Below, piece by piece: positions 50,354-50,673 of a stretch of DNA of 50,673 nucleotides. The translations under genes and the position numbers were made by a program. How positions within the stretch are numbered: position 1 is the stretch's first letter; every line of letters begins with the position of its first letter. The DNA lies in assembly GCA_045633085.1 (NCBI GenBank), contig JAZQXX010000010.1, positions 1-50,673 on the forward strand, read 5' to 3'. The notes under the pieces are model-generated. The model ran no database searches. It was not told the DNA's origin and was given only the letters and a program-made list of their open reading frames with translations. This DNA is from Negativibacillus sp. Its GTDB lineage: Bacteria; Bacillota; Clostridia; Oscillospirales; Ruminococcaceae.

Positions 50354-50673
50354 TTAAGAAACGTAACCAGCAGCTTTCAGCAGTTCTACAGCTTTGTCCA
50401 GTTTTTCTGGGTTAACCAGTACGATAGGACCGGTGCAGCCCATACCGGATTCTGCGTAGATTTTGTTTTTCCAGAGAACGTTTACTGCGTCTTCCAGGTC
50501 CATAACTTCAACGCCGGAGATGGTAGCAGTTACAACTTCTTTTGGAGGTGCTACAACTGGAGCATCATCTTCAGAAGCAGCTTTTGCTTTTGGTTTACGA
50601 GCTTCGATAACAGCTTTCAGGCCAGCTTTGTGAGCGGAAGCGAATACTTCTTCAGCAACTTTTTTGTAGTTGC
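50354..50673 (-). CDS. grdD: Glycine/sarcosine/betaine reductase component C subunit alpha, 3' end only (not in ORF track)
   Basis: Manual translation ...PPKEVVTATISGVEVMDLEDAVNVLWKNKIYAESGMGCTGPIVLV...AGYVS*; YAESGMGCTGP is the GrdD C-terminal catalytic-Cys motif. Confidence 0.88.
   Translation of the reverse strand, partial: NYKKVAEEVFASAHKAGLKAVIEARKPKAKAASEDDAPVVAPPKEVVTATISGVEVMDLEDAVNVLWKNKIYAESGMGCTGPIVLVNPEKLDKAVELLKAAGYVS

Overview
A 50.7-kb core-genome window from a spore-forming, low-GC Gram-positive anaerobe (class Clostridia, inferred from spoIIID, the alpha operon containing rpsD, a T-box-controlled archaeal/eukaryotic-type proS and grdD). The centre (14.6-30.2 kb, minus strand) is the complete S10-spc-alpha ribosomal protein/RNA polymerase cluster from rpsJ to rplQ, including rpmD and rpmJ, which the ORF track missed. 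To the left are spoIIID, a ribose operon rbsDACBK, a GT2 glycosyltransferase, an EFR1-type ferrodoxin, a HAD hydrolase and two tandem amidohydrolase paralogues. To the right are T-box-proS, aroE-aroK, acpP, ZMP/ZTP-riboswitch-pflB-pflA, fhs, tsaA, a DUF362 gene, tRNA-Arg(CCT), fliB-like, NUDIX, CPBP protease and tadA genes, two nitrilase-fold genes and the 3' end of grdD. I saw no mobile elements, integrases, CRISPR arrays or clear defence systems. The most unusual item is the ribose-binding lipoprotein, made of three near-identical, apparently intact RbsB domains in one chain. Other points worth checking: a pair of nitrilase-fold proteins that both lack the catalytic Cys, a ~17-aa insertion in RpoA, several unannotated structured leader or intercistronic RNAs (S10 leader attenuator, twin GGUGAAACACC hairpins before rplC, NUDIX leader, rbs leader) and a MerR-type 19-bp-spacer promoter. 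All assignments come from motif recognition by eye; no database searches were run.
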